In this document: in pieces, positions 51,765 through 62,612 of the stretch
Numbering within the stretch: position 1 is the first letter of the stretch
Layout: each line of letters opens with the position of its first letter
Origin: Raillietiella orientalis
Taxonomy: Eukaryota
Direction of reading: 5' to 3'
Length of the DNA: 64,000 nt
Assembly: GCA_036172245.1 (NCBI GenBank)
Contig: JAYWIR010000006.1
Location: 1,426,001 to 1,490,000 of the forward strand
Position numbers and translations under genes: made by a program
The notes under the pieces: generated by a model
What the model saw: only the letters and a program-made list of their open reading frames with translations
The model's database searches: none
Told to the model about the DNA's origin: nothing

Positions 51765-54414
51765 CTGCAAGAGGGCCGCCGTTTTCTCCCACGGAGTGGT
51801 GCGCGCATGCTCGAAACCCCTCGCCAGACGATGACGACGCCACCAGCGCCAACGTCAGCCGGAAGAGTCTCGGACCACGTCAGCAACTTCGCGCTACTGG
51901 GTCCTTCTCGCGAGGACAAGAGGACGCTCCGATGGCGAAGACGCGTCCGGGGATGAGGAGAGACCCAGAGCCACGGAAGGAAGGTGGGATGGCGCGAGGA
52001 GGAGCTCGAGGATCGCCGACGCCTCTCACGCGCGTCTCGGCGGCTGAGGCGGGCGCTCCGCCTAGGTGCCGATGGTCCGCCATGAAGGCCGGAGGGTCCC
52101 GGTGGCGTCCGCGGGGGAGGAGGGAGCGATCCCAGAAGTCCCTCTTCCTTTCGGAAGCCGGAGGCACCGCCGCTGCGTGTCTGCCACCCCTTCCATGGAA
52201 ACGGCAGTGGGAGAAAGAAAAGGAAAGGCGAGCGCAACTCTCGCTCGCCGATCTCCCCGGCGATGGACGACGCGGGAAGGGCGCGGTGCATGCTGCGAAG
52301 ATACTCTCTGAACCGGATCCGCCTCTCCTTCCGGCAAACTCCGTCGACCTGGAAACGGCGCCCTCGCGCGGGACGCGAGCGATAGCTTCTTTCAGGTGGT
52401 CAAGTTCTCGGGTCACAGGACGTCACAGGTGAAGAAGCTCTCCGGGCCGGAATAGCAGCGGACGAAGACTCCGGGATACTTTAGCTGGGAGGGCAGAGGG
52501 GGAGGAGTCCTTGACTCTGCGATGCCCTCGTGGATTTTCTGGGGACTGCGCGCGGCTTTCCTGCCGTCCCGCAGGCCTCCGCACGCTGGCCAGAAGAGAA
52601 GGATGCGGGGTCGAGGTCTTTGGGCCCTCCTCTCGGGAAGGGCAGGCTGCGGGTGGTTCCCGCCGAGATCCGGACCACTCTGGGGCATAGGGCACTGCCA
52701 GGAGCGGCTGCAGTGAACGGCACCCCGGGCGGCGTCAGCTCAAGTCCCGATGGGCGCCCCGCGGTGAAATCCCCTGCGGTCGCGAGTAGTGACAACGACT
52801 GGCGCTCCCGGTTCGACAGGAGAACCGTTCCATGGGTGGACCCGGATGGGGAGGGAGGGCGGGGCAGTGAGTAAACAAGCGAAGGGTGGACGGGTAGATA
52901 GGGGAGGGAAGGGAGGGGAAGTGGGGCGGGATGGAGCGCAGGCCGACCCTACCGCTTCCGGGTTGCGGCGCCGGACGGTCAATCAGGACTTGTTGTTCAC
53001 TCGGTGCTGCGAGACCACCCTCTGGTGCACTGCGCCACGGCAGGTAGTGTCACTTCCCATCTTCCTGGCGCTTTGAGCTACAGCACGTCGTGCAGAGAGC
53101 CCCGAAGGTGGGCCTGAGGACGGCCCCTCCCTTCCCAACAGAGGAGGGAGCTGCGCTCCAGGACGTCCCAGGTGCCCTACCCCGTGGCGATGGTTGAATT
53201 CGACCTTGCAGACGCGGGATGCTGGGCGCAGTTCGCGGAGAATGCGGGGGGGGGGGGGAGAAGCGTCTCTGGCGGCCGAGGCTCGTCCTCGGTCCGCGCG
53301 ATGCTCGCGCGGGCGTGCGCGATTGGGGGAGGGAGTTTCAGCGGCGGCTAAGGGTCACCAGGGAAATCAGCCCGTAGGCAGGGGGGGTCTCTCCGCGGAA
53401 GAGAAGAGGGGACTGTCCAAGTGGCCACGTGCCCGAACGCCGGCCAACGACGACTTTTCTGGCACCGCGTTCCGCTGCGGCAGTTGGAGGTCAACCGGCG
53501 CCCGCGGGCACTGATGCCACCGCAGGACGAGAAGGGGAGGAGGGGGGGCGAGGCGATAGACAGCAGGCCCTTCCGCCGTGACCCCAGCGGAATCCCCTCA
53601 CTCCTCCTCCTCCTTCTCGACCCGCACAGGACATCCCCCTGCTTCCTCTTACTCTTCCTCGTTCCCGAGGACGAGTGACCTCCTCCGAGCTCTCCTTCCC
53701 GTCCCTGTCTTTTTCAACGACCCCTGAACTTCTCCCCCCCCTTTCTCCTATTTCCCGCTGGGGACGTGCGAAGATTTGGCACTCCCACTTGCGGTCGCAT
53801 CTTGAAGGATGGGGGAGGGGGGAGGCGGGAAGTTGCCACGGGGGAGAGGCTTCCGGCAGCGGAAGGTTGGAGGAGGAGGAGGAGGGTGGGAAGTGGGAAG
53901 GACTCACCCAACAATGGGGCTTCTGCGTAGGGGAGCGAGGGAAGGGGGAGGGCCGCGATCCCTCCTCATGGCCCAGGCGCGAGGGTGCACGTTGCGCGCT
54001 CCGCCGTGGGTGCTGAGGATCGCTCGGACGCGTCCGCGGGAAAGGGAAATCGCATCGCCCCACGGGGGAGGGCAGAGGACTTTTGCCCTGGGGATTCCGC
54101 TGCAGCAGGAGACAGGACGCGTGAAGGAGGGGGGGAGGAGACGATTGGTTGACCTGCGGCGCGAGGAGGAAGAATGGGACGGGATGAAGAGAGAAAGCGG
54201 TGGCTCCGCCAGCCATCGGTGGCCCACGGAAGGTGGGACGACCATCGTGAACCGTGCACGAACTCAAGCGAGGTCCGCCACGGGGAGGATGGGATGCTGC
54301 AAGATGCACGTTGGAAGGGAATCTCCTGGGAGGTGCCGATGACTCGGAAAAGCGACAACTAGGAAGGAAGGGCACGTTCGGGGTGGTTCAAAGACTCAGG
54401 GAGGGGAGAAGTCG

Positions 54415-54524
54415 CCTCCTCCTCCCTTCCTCCCTTTCCTCTTCCCTTCACCCTGTCTCCTCTTCCCTCCTTCTTTCGTCTTCCTCTCTTCCTCCTCCCT
54501 CCTTTCCTTCTCCTCTTCTTTCTC
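54415..54524. repeat. Polypyrimidine low-complexity tract
   Basis: About 110 nt of C/T with three purine interruptions. Confidence 0.9.
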
Positions 54525-54559
54525 GTGAGAAGGAAGTCACCCGATGGGGAGCACCGGAT

Positions 54560-54820
54560 CCCGGAACGATTTCTTCGTCGAAGACCGTTTGTCCACACAA
54601 GTCTTGCGCGCGCACGGGATCTGCGGTTGCGGATATGCAAGCAGGAGGAGAGGGCGCTGCATCACGGAAGAAGAGGCAGTGCGGTCGCGTGGGTGCGTCG
54701 CTTCCGGAGACGCGCTGGAGGCGGCGGTGCGACCAAGTGGCTGATACGCAGGTGCGAGCCCATGACCGTGGGAGGGCGCCTCGTCCCCAAGGGCGACGAC
54801 GTGGATCCATCTGCGGGGAG
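54560..54820 (+). mobile_element. Possible degenerate CR1/L2-type RT fragment
   Basis: DFFVEDRLSTQVL (cf. DF.KAFD.V.H..L), then ALHHGRRGSAVAWVRRF (cf. L..YGIRG.AL.W..SF) and VPKGDDVDP (cf. VPQGSVLGP), in order. Confidence 0.35.
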
Positions 54821-55912
54821 AGGAGGGAGTGGGAGAGAAAGGTTGCCGGTCTCGACGCGGGGTCCCATCCCATGTTCCTTGTGACCGACCGGGTGACAGG
54901 GCGGGGAAGGGAGATGGATGCCCGGCGAGCCAGCGCTGGGATGTCCACTGGGTCCGCGATGGTCGTGCGTCTCGAGCGCGCGAGCGCCTCCGGAGGCACT
55001 CGGGTGGCCTCGCTGTCTCGAGCGCGCGCGGCCCCTCCGGAGACTGCTCGCTTCGCGCCCGCGGTCCTTCAGCACCCATCCGTCTCCTCCGCTGCCGGGC
55101 GAGGGCACCTCTCGCGCGTCGGGGAGCAGCCGCCGCCACCGAAGACCGGTGCGGCGGAAGGAGCGTTTCCGGGGAGGAAATGGCACGAGGGCGAGCGGTC
55201 GAAACGCGCGGCACTCCCTTCGCTCTCAGCGAGACTGCCGCGCGCGGGTGGGCTTTTCGGACGGGGGAGGGGATCTTCCAATGTTCCCGGGTTGTGCCGT
55301 GGGAGCGTCCCTTCCGCAGGGGAGGTGGGAGTCGCCCCGCCGCGACCTTCGCTCTTGCTTTCTCCCCTCCTTCCCCTTCCTCCTCCGGGGGGACCTCCCT
55401 TTCCCCCAAACGATTCGCCGGTGCGCGCGAGACAGCCCGAAACCGAGGAGCACCGGGAAAATAACGGCCACAACGCCGGGGTTATCGCGACATCTTCGCC
55501 TCGGGCGGGCGTCTCGCCATTCGCCGAGGCGCGCGCTTTGTTCCTTGCCTCCGCCCTGACCCCCCCGAGTCGGAGAGGTCCTTCTGCCGCGCGGACAGGG
55601 ACCCCTTCCCCTTGATCGGAGGAGATAAGGGAAGAACACTTCTTTGCAAGTCTGAGTGCGCGCCCAGCCACAGCGGAGGAGTGGACCCGCCGGGTCATGG
55701 GCGTTCCTGCCCTCTGCGAGGCGCGCCCGGCGCGATGGGTCGCGCCTGGGAGGCAGCTTCCGAAGGAATTCCGATCGCGGAGTGCTCCTGCGCGCGCCGC
55801 CGCACCTGCGCCGTGGAGAGATCCATGCGCCGCCCTTCCGTGCTCGCGGCCTCCGCGCGCGCCGGAGCGGTGGGCGCTCCGCACGTAGATTTTCACACGG
55901 AGGCGCCGGAAC

Positions 55913-56566
55913 GTTTATTTCATATAAGAGTAAACGTTTGCAGAAAACCATGGTTGGACTGTGGTCAGTCCAACCACGTCCATCTCAAAACAAACCTGCA
56001 GCGTTACTGGTGCACAGACCGGCGTGGTCCACCACAGCAGCAGAAGGGTGGGGCAAACAAAAAGGGAGAAAGAAACAGAAATAAAAATAAATCAATAAAT
56101 TTGGGGGCAGGGGAAGGGACCACAGTCTTCTGGGGGCGGTCCTCTGAATCCTTTGGAGGATGCCGGCAAGCTCTTGCTGGATATTGCTGTCCAGATGAAG
56201 TTATTTCGTTGCCATCCTGATGAATCGGACGGCCAAGTGAATGTGGCAGCCCTGTTGCTCGGTCTTCCCCTTGCACCACTCCAAGCCGCTAAAATCCCGC
56301 GTAGGCAGGCAGCAGAGAGCTGCTAGCGAGGCTGCCGGCCGAAGGGCATCGAGTAAGAGGAGGGACCTTAAAGCACCCCTGGAGTTGCCGCCGGGGTTCC
56401 CTAGGGTCGCAGCGAAGAGTTCCCAGAGGGACCACAAGGCAACGCAATCGGCGAGCAGGTGCGGGAGGGATTCGCATTCCCCACACCTGGCACAGTTCGA
56501 GTTCCCTCCCCCCCGTGTCCAGCGCTGCTGGTGGGCGTTGCAGGGAGACCTCAGTGCATGGAGGGG
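55913..56566 (-). mobile_element. 5'-truncated L1/Tx1-type non-LTR retrotransposon 3' end (zf-RVT CCHC motif, 3' UTR, AATAAA)
   Basis: CARCGECESLPHLLADCVALWSLW matches the Cx2C...E(S/T)xxHxxxxC...W zinc knuckle downstream of RT in L1/Tx1 elements. It is followed by a T-rich UTR, a perfect hairpin and AATAAA (tttatt on +, about 55914-55919). Confidence 0.75.
55951..55976 (-). other. Perfect 11-bp stem, 4-nt loop hairpin in the LINE 3' UTR
   Basis: TGGTTGGACTG-tggt-CAGTCCAACCA, about 30 nt upstream of AATAAA on the minus strand. Confidence 0.85.
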
Positions 56567-57800
56567 ATCAAATCTGCCCCTTCGGTTCTTCTTCGTGTTT
56601 CTATATAAAAGGTGCAGGGAAGGGGAGTAAAGGTGCAGGAAGATGAAGAGTGGAGGAGGGGGGAAGAAGGATTCGTTTCCCCGCAGAAGACGATCACGGG
56701 CGAAAGAGGCGCAGTCATGCTGCTCGCGGCCTCGTGTCTTCCTCGCGGTGCTTCGATAGAGGGAGTGTTGTCTCCTGGTAGCCGTAGGGTGGGCAGAAGA
56801 CCGAAGCGCGGTGGAGCAAGCTGCGTGAGAGCATCCTGAACTTTCCCGAAACGAGCGCGACAGGAAGAGGCTTTCGAAAGCGGGCGTTCTTCGGCCTGCC
56901 GGCCTGCCTTCCGCGTTCCCGTGGTCCTCCGTGCGCCGAGGGACCGGCAGTCCGTCTGCGGCGCCGCGCCCCGGTTTCCGGGCATCCGAGACCACTGGCG
57001 GCTGACGGGAGAGCGCGGACCATGACGCCACAGTGCTGCTCCTCGTGGGAGTGAGGCGAAGGTTCCTACCGGGTGGCGCCGGGACCGTTTCTTAAAAAAA
57101 AAAGCCCAAGTCAGAGGGCGTGACCCGAATACAAGAGATGCCCCCCCAAAAAAGTGGAGGGGGGTGGTGGAAGTTCATTGGGGTGACTACCGGCATGCAG
57201 GACGACTTCTGAGAAAGTAAGGAACGGAGGGAGGGAACAATAAATGAAATAAAAAGCAGACGGGAGGGTGGGGATAGGGGTCTTTGGTTTTCTTCGCTCC
57301 TTCCTTTCTAGAAGCGGCTGTGGCGCTCTCGCTGATGACCTCTTATGGAAGATGAGGCCACCTGGCAGTCGTCCTCATCAAGGCGGCTGTCATGCCCGTG
57401 GCCCTCTTCCTTCGCTGTGAACGAGACCCCAACACATGGGACCAGTTAGAGGGAGTTGCCTGCCCCGAGAACCACGTGTCTGCGCTGATTGCACTGGAAT
57501 CCCCAGTGAAGAAAGAGCGGGATGTTCCGTCTTTACCATAGAGGTATCACCGTAGTGCCTGCGCACAGGGGTGGGACCGCGAGTTCTTCCGGGGGCACAT
57601 CGGGCAGGTCATGCTCCACCGAAGGAATCTCTCCGCCTGGGAACGAAGAGCGGCGGCGCCCCGCCAGCTCGCTCGTCCTGCAGCCGGCTCGAGGACTTGC
57701 AAGTGGCAGGACGACTCACACTCCGCCGGTTGGCTGCTGTCATCGCTTGCCCTCGGGGAAGACAGCGCTGCGGCAAGGGGTGCGATGGCTGTCCGGGATC

Positions 57801-57902
57801 ACTGTGTCCAGTCTTGCAGGAGACCTCCCGGCGGTTTGCAAGGGAGTTTCCATAGCGGGCGCACTTCCAGAGTGGCAACCCAGGGCTCCAGCACCTCCTG
57901 CC
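57801..57902 (-). repeat. Short interspersed repeat, copy 1 (inverted relative to 60128-60245)
   Basis: The reverse complement ggcaggaggtgctggagccctgggttgccactctggaagtgcgccc...gggaggtctcctgcaagactggacacagt aligns with 60128-60245. Confidence 0.75.
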
Positions 57903-59190
57903 TTCAGGAGTTCCCGTTTCAGGGGCAGCAGGAGATCCACGAGTAAGCTGCCAGAAGTGAGGGCAGATGCCTCAGGGGTAGCCAAATTCGGTCTCCCTAT
58001 GTGGGTTGTCCTGCCTTTGGAGCATGCGTCCGGCCGACGCGCGTGCGTGCGTGCTTTCCCGAGCACGTGCTATCGGGCAGAGAAGTCTTTTCCCCTACGG
58101 CCGTCCGACGGTCGCAGCCGCGCGCGGAAGCTCTGCACGCCGAGGTCCTTCCCTCTTCGCAGCGGCCCAGCCGTTCCTCTTCTCTCGGCCCACTGATTTA
58201 CGAGGCTGCTGCAGGTCCCGAGAGACGCTTCCAGTCCGATCTCAGCGACTGGGCCTGCTCTCCGAAAGGCGAAGACCAGGACTGGTGCGACGGGAATGGC
58301 CGGATCGACATCCAGGGAGGTCAGATCCCGACCGAGGCGAGTCCTCCGACGTAGACCGGGAAGGGGCGCGACACTCGATCGTGGGCTGGGGTCACGGAAG
58401 TTCCTCGTCCGGACCATCGTTCTGCTTCGCCATCTTGGCGGCCTGGCTGGCTGCTTTCCTCAACCCGCTTTCGTCGCGGGCTGCGCATCCTACTGGAGCT
58501 TCCTGGGAACGCTGGACGCCCAGAGTGCAGCGTCCCTTGACGCGCCCTAACCAGCCTCTCCGGCATCCTCAGCTACCCCGCTGCTTCTCCAGATGGTTGG
58601 ACCCCCCCTGCTAGCGCTCAAGCTCTCGCAGAGGCGAAGAGGGGGCTACCTGTTGCTTCCGTCTCGCCTCTTCTGGTTGCGTTGCCGCCGCCTGCCCGAA
58701 GAGGCGCGTAGTTTCTTCCCTGAAAGGGCGGTTAGCCATCTGGCTGTTTCGAAGAGAAAGAGTTTAACCTCCACCCTCACAGGGGACGCAACTACGCGTG
58801 AGGTAGGGAGGTCAAGCGGTCCAGGATCACGGAGACCCCTGAAGCTCCGCGTCAGGAGAAGGGAGGGGCTTGCACAGTGTGTCGCCGACACTGACCGTGG
58901 CCGACCTCTTCCACCCGCGATTGCCCCAGGTCACCTCTCCGTCCTCGGGCTCTCGCCCCCTCGGGAAAAGGGGTTGGCGACAGAGTGTTCCTGCCCTCCT
59001 TGAGCCTCCGGGAGCAGCTCAGGGCTCGCCCTCCAGCGATGGCGACGAGAGAGCGGCCGGAGCGCCTGCGAGCGGGACGGCGATGATGGTGGTGGTGGTT
59101 TTTTCTGTAGTGGTGATGCTGAAGAGGAGGTGGACAAAAGGAGGAGGAGAGGAGGGAGAAGATTAAGAGAAAGAAAAGAAAAAAAAAGAT

Positions 59191-59269
59191 GAAGAGGAGG
59201 AGGAGGAAGGGAAGAGGAGAGAGAGAGGAAAGGGAGAGAGGGAGGAAGAGGAGAAAGAGAGGAGGAGGA
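59191..59269. repeat. Uninterrupted 79-nt polypurine tract
   Basis: Only A/G from 59191 to 59269, and purine-rich from about 59120. Confidence 0.9.
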
Positions 59270-59529
59270 TGCGAGTCTCATCCCGTATTGGCTGTCCGCT
59301 GCTGCCCCCGTCGAACGCACGAGGTGGCCGGGAAGAGACCACTACTGGGGCGGAAGAGATAAACATTCTTGCGAGCGGACTCTGGAGCGACATTTCGTCA
59401 GAGTGTTCTCGTGATCCAGTCCGGCAGCCTGCCGCAGCTTCCCACGCATCCCAGGAGGAGTGAGCGGAAGAGTCCCCGCGGTGAGTCAGCGGTGCATCTT
59501 GCTGGTTCGAAGGGTCTCCTCATTGCTCC

Positions 59530-59960
59530 CCCCCCCTATTTCCCGTTTTCCGACTGCGCCGGTCTCCTGTTGTCTGCGGCAGCTCGCGGCCGGGTCCTCC
59601 AGTAGGTCCTTCGTCCCGCTTTGGGAGCTGGCAGGAAGAGCGACTCGGGATGGGCGACGCCTGGGGCGTCCCGGACCACAGTGCAGGGTCGGGCCAGGGA
59701 CAGCAGCTCTCAGGTCCCGAGTGAAAAAGGCGGGAAGGAGCAGAGGGCGATGCTGGAGTGCGCGTCGCCCGCACCCTCCCATCTTCCCGAAGCCCGGAGG
59801 CGGCTGCTGCTGGCTGCTCCGTCTTTCCTTTGCTGCCAGCTCTCAGTATGTGCGACCGTCGGAGGCTGCACCCTTCCTACGCTTGCCTGCACACGCTCTG
59901 GGGGACGCAAGGGCAGCGCCTGGGGCTGCTCAGCCGCCGGCAGCTCCAGCGGCTGGGGAT
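59530..59960 (+). mobile_element. Degenerate L2-type LINE reverse-transcriptase fragment
   Basis: Ordered decayed motifs: PVS/RGRVLQ*V (RPVSNL...GKVLEKV), PDHS/TAALR (GFRP.HSTETALLK), LSVCATVGGCTL (LSAAFDTVDH.IL) and CLHTLWG.KGSA (RL...GI.G.AL). Frameshifted. Confidence 0.5.
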
Positions 59961-60127
59961 TTCCGGCAGCGGCTCCACATGCGCTCCCGGACGATGGCAT
60001 CCGATGAAGGAACCTACGGCGACTGTGCGTGAGCCACCTGCGCGCCCGACTGTGACCTTCAGAGGACACCACGGTCTTCGCGGAAACGCATCCGGGCGAT
60101 CTCAACGGGAACCAAGCCGGAACGCCT

Positions 60128-60245
60128 GGCAGGAGGGCGCCGAAGTCCTGGGTTGCAACTCCGGAAGCGCGCCCAGAGGGACCGTGCCCGCCGCGGGAGC
60201 TCTCATGCAGATCACTGGGAGATCTCCTGCGGAACTAGACAGAGT
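60128..60245 (+). repeat. Short interspersed repeat, copy 2
   Basis: ggcaggagggcgccgaagtcctgggttgcaactccggaagcgcgccc...gggagatctcctgcggaactagacagagt is homologous to the reverse complement of 57801-57902. Confidence 0.75.
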
Positions 60246-62169
60246 CCCTCCTCCCCTCCCCCCCATCGTCCTCCCCTTTCCTCGAGGGCGGTAGAGGGCG
60301 TCGCTGCCTCGCCCCTGGCGGAGGGATGGACGGACCTCGCACGCCCGGAAGCACTTCGGAGGCGGAAGACGCTGGCGAAAGGTGGCGATGCCGTCCTTCG
60401 CCGCTCCCCCCGCAAAGCCATCTCAGGCGAGGCCGTTGACGAGAAACTCGCACCGTCGCGTGGAGAAAGCTTGAGGGGTGGGAGGGCAGGACTGCAGAAC
60501 GGAACGAACCCCGGGGTAGCCTGGCCACCCGTCGGGTCTGCAGACCCCCACTCTCCGGACAACGAACGGCGTCTTCAGACAACCACACCGCCCCGCCGCC
60601 TGCGCGACCGGGGAGGAGGAGAGCGGCGGCCCTTCCGTCGGTGGGCGTGGCCACCGCTCCCCGGAATGCGGCGCAAACAACGCGCGCGGCTCCCGCCCCC
60701 GCGGGCTGCAAGGGCGCCCGCCGGTGAGGGACGGTCCGCCTCGTCCGGTGCCGAGTGATGAATCTCCTGGAGACGGGAAGCTGCTCGGAGGAGTCGCCGC
60801 TCCCGTAAGAAAATGAAAGGGCGCCGTCGCAGCCCCGGAACGCCCAGAGCTTCCGGCCCTCTCCGCCAGGAGGCGTCGCCGCCGTCGTCCTTCTCGCCCG
60901 GCAGAGTCCGAGGAAGTGATTTGGGGAGAGATCCTCATCCCGTTCCGGGCCCAGGGAGAAACCACGCGGTGCACCCGAGCATCGCCTCGCTCTGTCTCGG
61001 GTCCTCTTCTCCGCCTCGGGGCTGCGGGCTGGGGAGGGAAGCACCCACGAGTATTTCGATCTCTGCTTTCTCCCGAGGGAAGATCTTTCTCGATTCCACA
61101 GTGACTGAGGTGCACTCATCGACGTTCTTCGCTTCTTTTTTTTTTTTTTTTTTCTTTTTCTCCCGTGTGTCTTCCCGTTTCGTGCCAAATGCCATCCCGC
61201 GCATGAGCGCCGCCATCTTCGCGAGCGTTCCTCGAGATCACCTTTGGTTCTTGCATTCTTTCCTTCGCTTTCCCGCTTCTCCCCCTTCCCTCTCCACTCG
61301 ACTTCCAGCCGCCCGTACCCTGCAACAATCGTGACGTCACACAGCAATGGCGAGCTCGGCTCTCGCGCGCGCGTTCGGCAGGCAAGCGTGTGGCTGACCC
61401 GCGTTATCCTCGGGGTCATGTGGGGAGGTTCGAATCGAGCAGAAGGACTGCAGCGCGCCCCGCTGAAGTCGAGCGGTGGTGCTTCGTGGAAACTTCGCGC
61501 ATGCGCGCGAGTTTCCTGCGGAGGGTGGACGTGAGTTCGGGCCCGCTTGCAGGGAAGGAAGGGACGAACTTGTTACTTTCCATGACACGCGGGAAAGCGG
61601 TCACCCTTGGCGTCATCAGAGCGCTCCTTCCTTCCGAGTCGCACGCACGCAGCTTCCGGAGGGAGAGCTTCCGCGCGCGCACGAAAGAGGAGATGGAAAG
61701 AGGAACATGTTTCCACCTTCCTATTTTGGAGGAACCTGTTTCCCGTTGCTGCCGAGGGGAACCGCCGCCCTGGTTGAACCAATGAAACGCAACGGCGTCG
61801 GGTGCAGCAGGGCTTTCTCCAGATGTGCCCTCATCCCCCCTTGTTCCGTTCCTTCCCCCTGCGACATTTAAGAACAATAAAATGAAAAAGTTTTTCATCT
61901 GTTTATATTCTCCTCCTCTCTCCTTCGGGTTTACTGGAGAAAGCGGCGTTCCCCCTTACGTTTGGTATCCCCGGTGACGCAAGACAAAAGAAATAAAAGA
62001 AAAAGGAAAAAAAAAAGAGGGAGAGAGAGAGAAAAAAACATAGCTGCTTTCGTTGACTCCGAGTCGACCACCTAAAGTACGAGATGCATCAAAAGTGGGC
62101 GTCGTTACCATTTTCGTCTCATCTCTAAACGTGGCAGCTGAGTTCATGTACCCTACGCGATGATGCTAA

Positions 62170-62612
62170 TCATTATTAAAGCCTGTTGTTTTTAGTTTAA
62201 TTTGGTCCGCCATTATTCATCTAAGAGGAGCGGAACCACAGATTTTGACTTCGAACGTCGGATGTGAACCAGATTATGGCAGCATGATGACAGCGGGGAA
62301 GCTGAATGCCCATCTCGTGTGCCCTTCAGCGAATTTTAATTAACGTTTGAATGAAATTGGAAATCTCTTATGGCGGCGACCTGCGCATCCGGTGGTGGCT
62401 GAGGGGAAAGAGCACGAGAAAAAGACACATTCGCCGCGGGAGCGAACTGGACGTGGCTCGATTATGGACGTGCTGTCTGGCATTAATAATACGAGAGCGA
62501 AGGGAAGCCGCGACAGCCTCTCCAGGGTCATCCACATCACGTCTTTGAACGCTCCATGGCTCTGAGGGCTTCCACGAGATATCAGGATCGCAAACGATGG
62601 AGAAAGACCATG
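62170..62612 (+). mobile_element. Degenerate RTE-clade LINE 3' coding fragment
   Basis: Ordered motifs: GCE...GKLNA (YGCESW...RKLNAFE), LWRR/LRIRW (CWRR.LRIPW), RHIRR (GHI.R), TRAKG (G.R.RGR) and QDRKRWRKT (QDR..WR), as in RTE/BovB-like ORF C-termini. Confidence 0.55.

Noticed and set aside
54254..55615. 453-aa ORF
   Set aside because: Low complexity, runs through a polypyrimidine tract, and has no recognisable domain.
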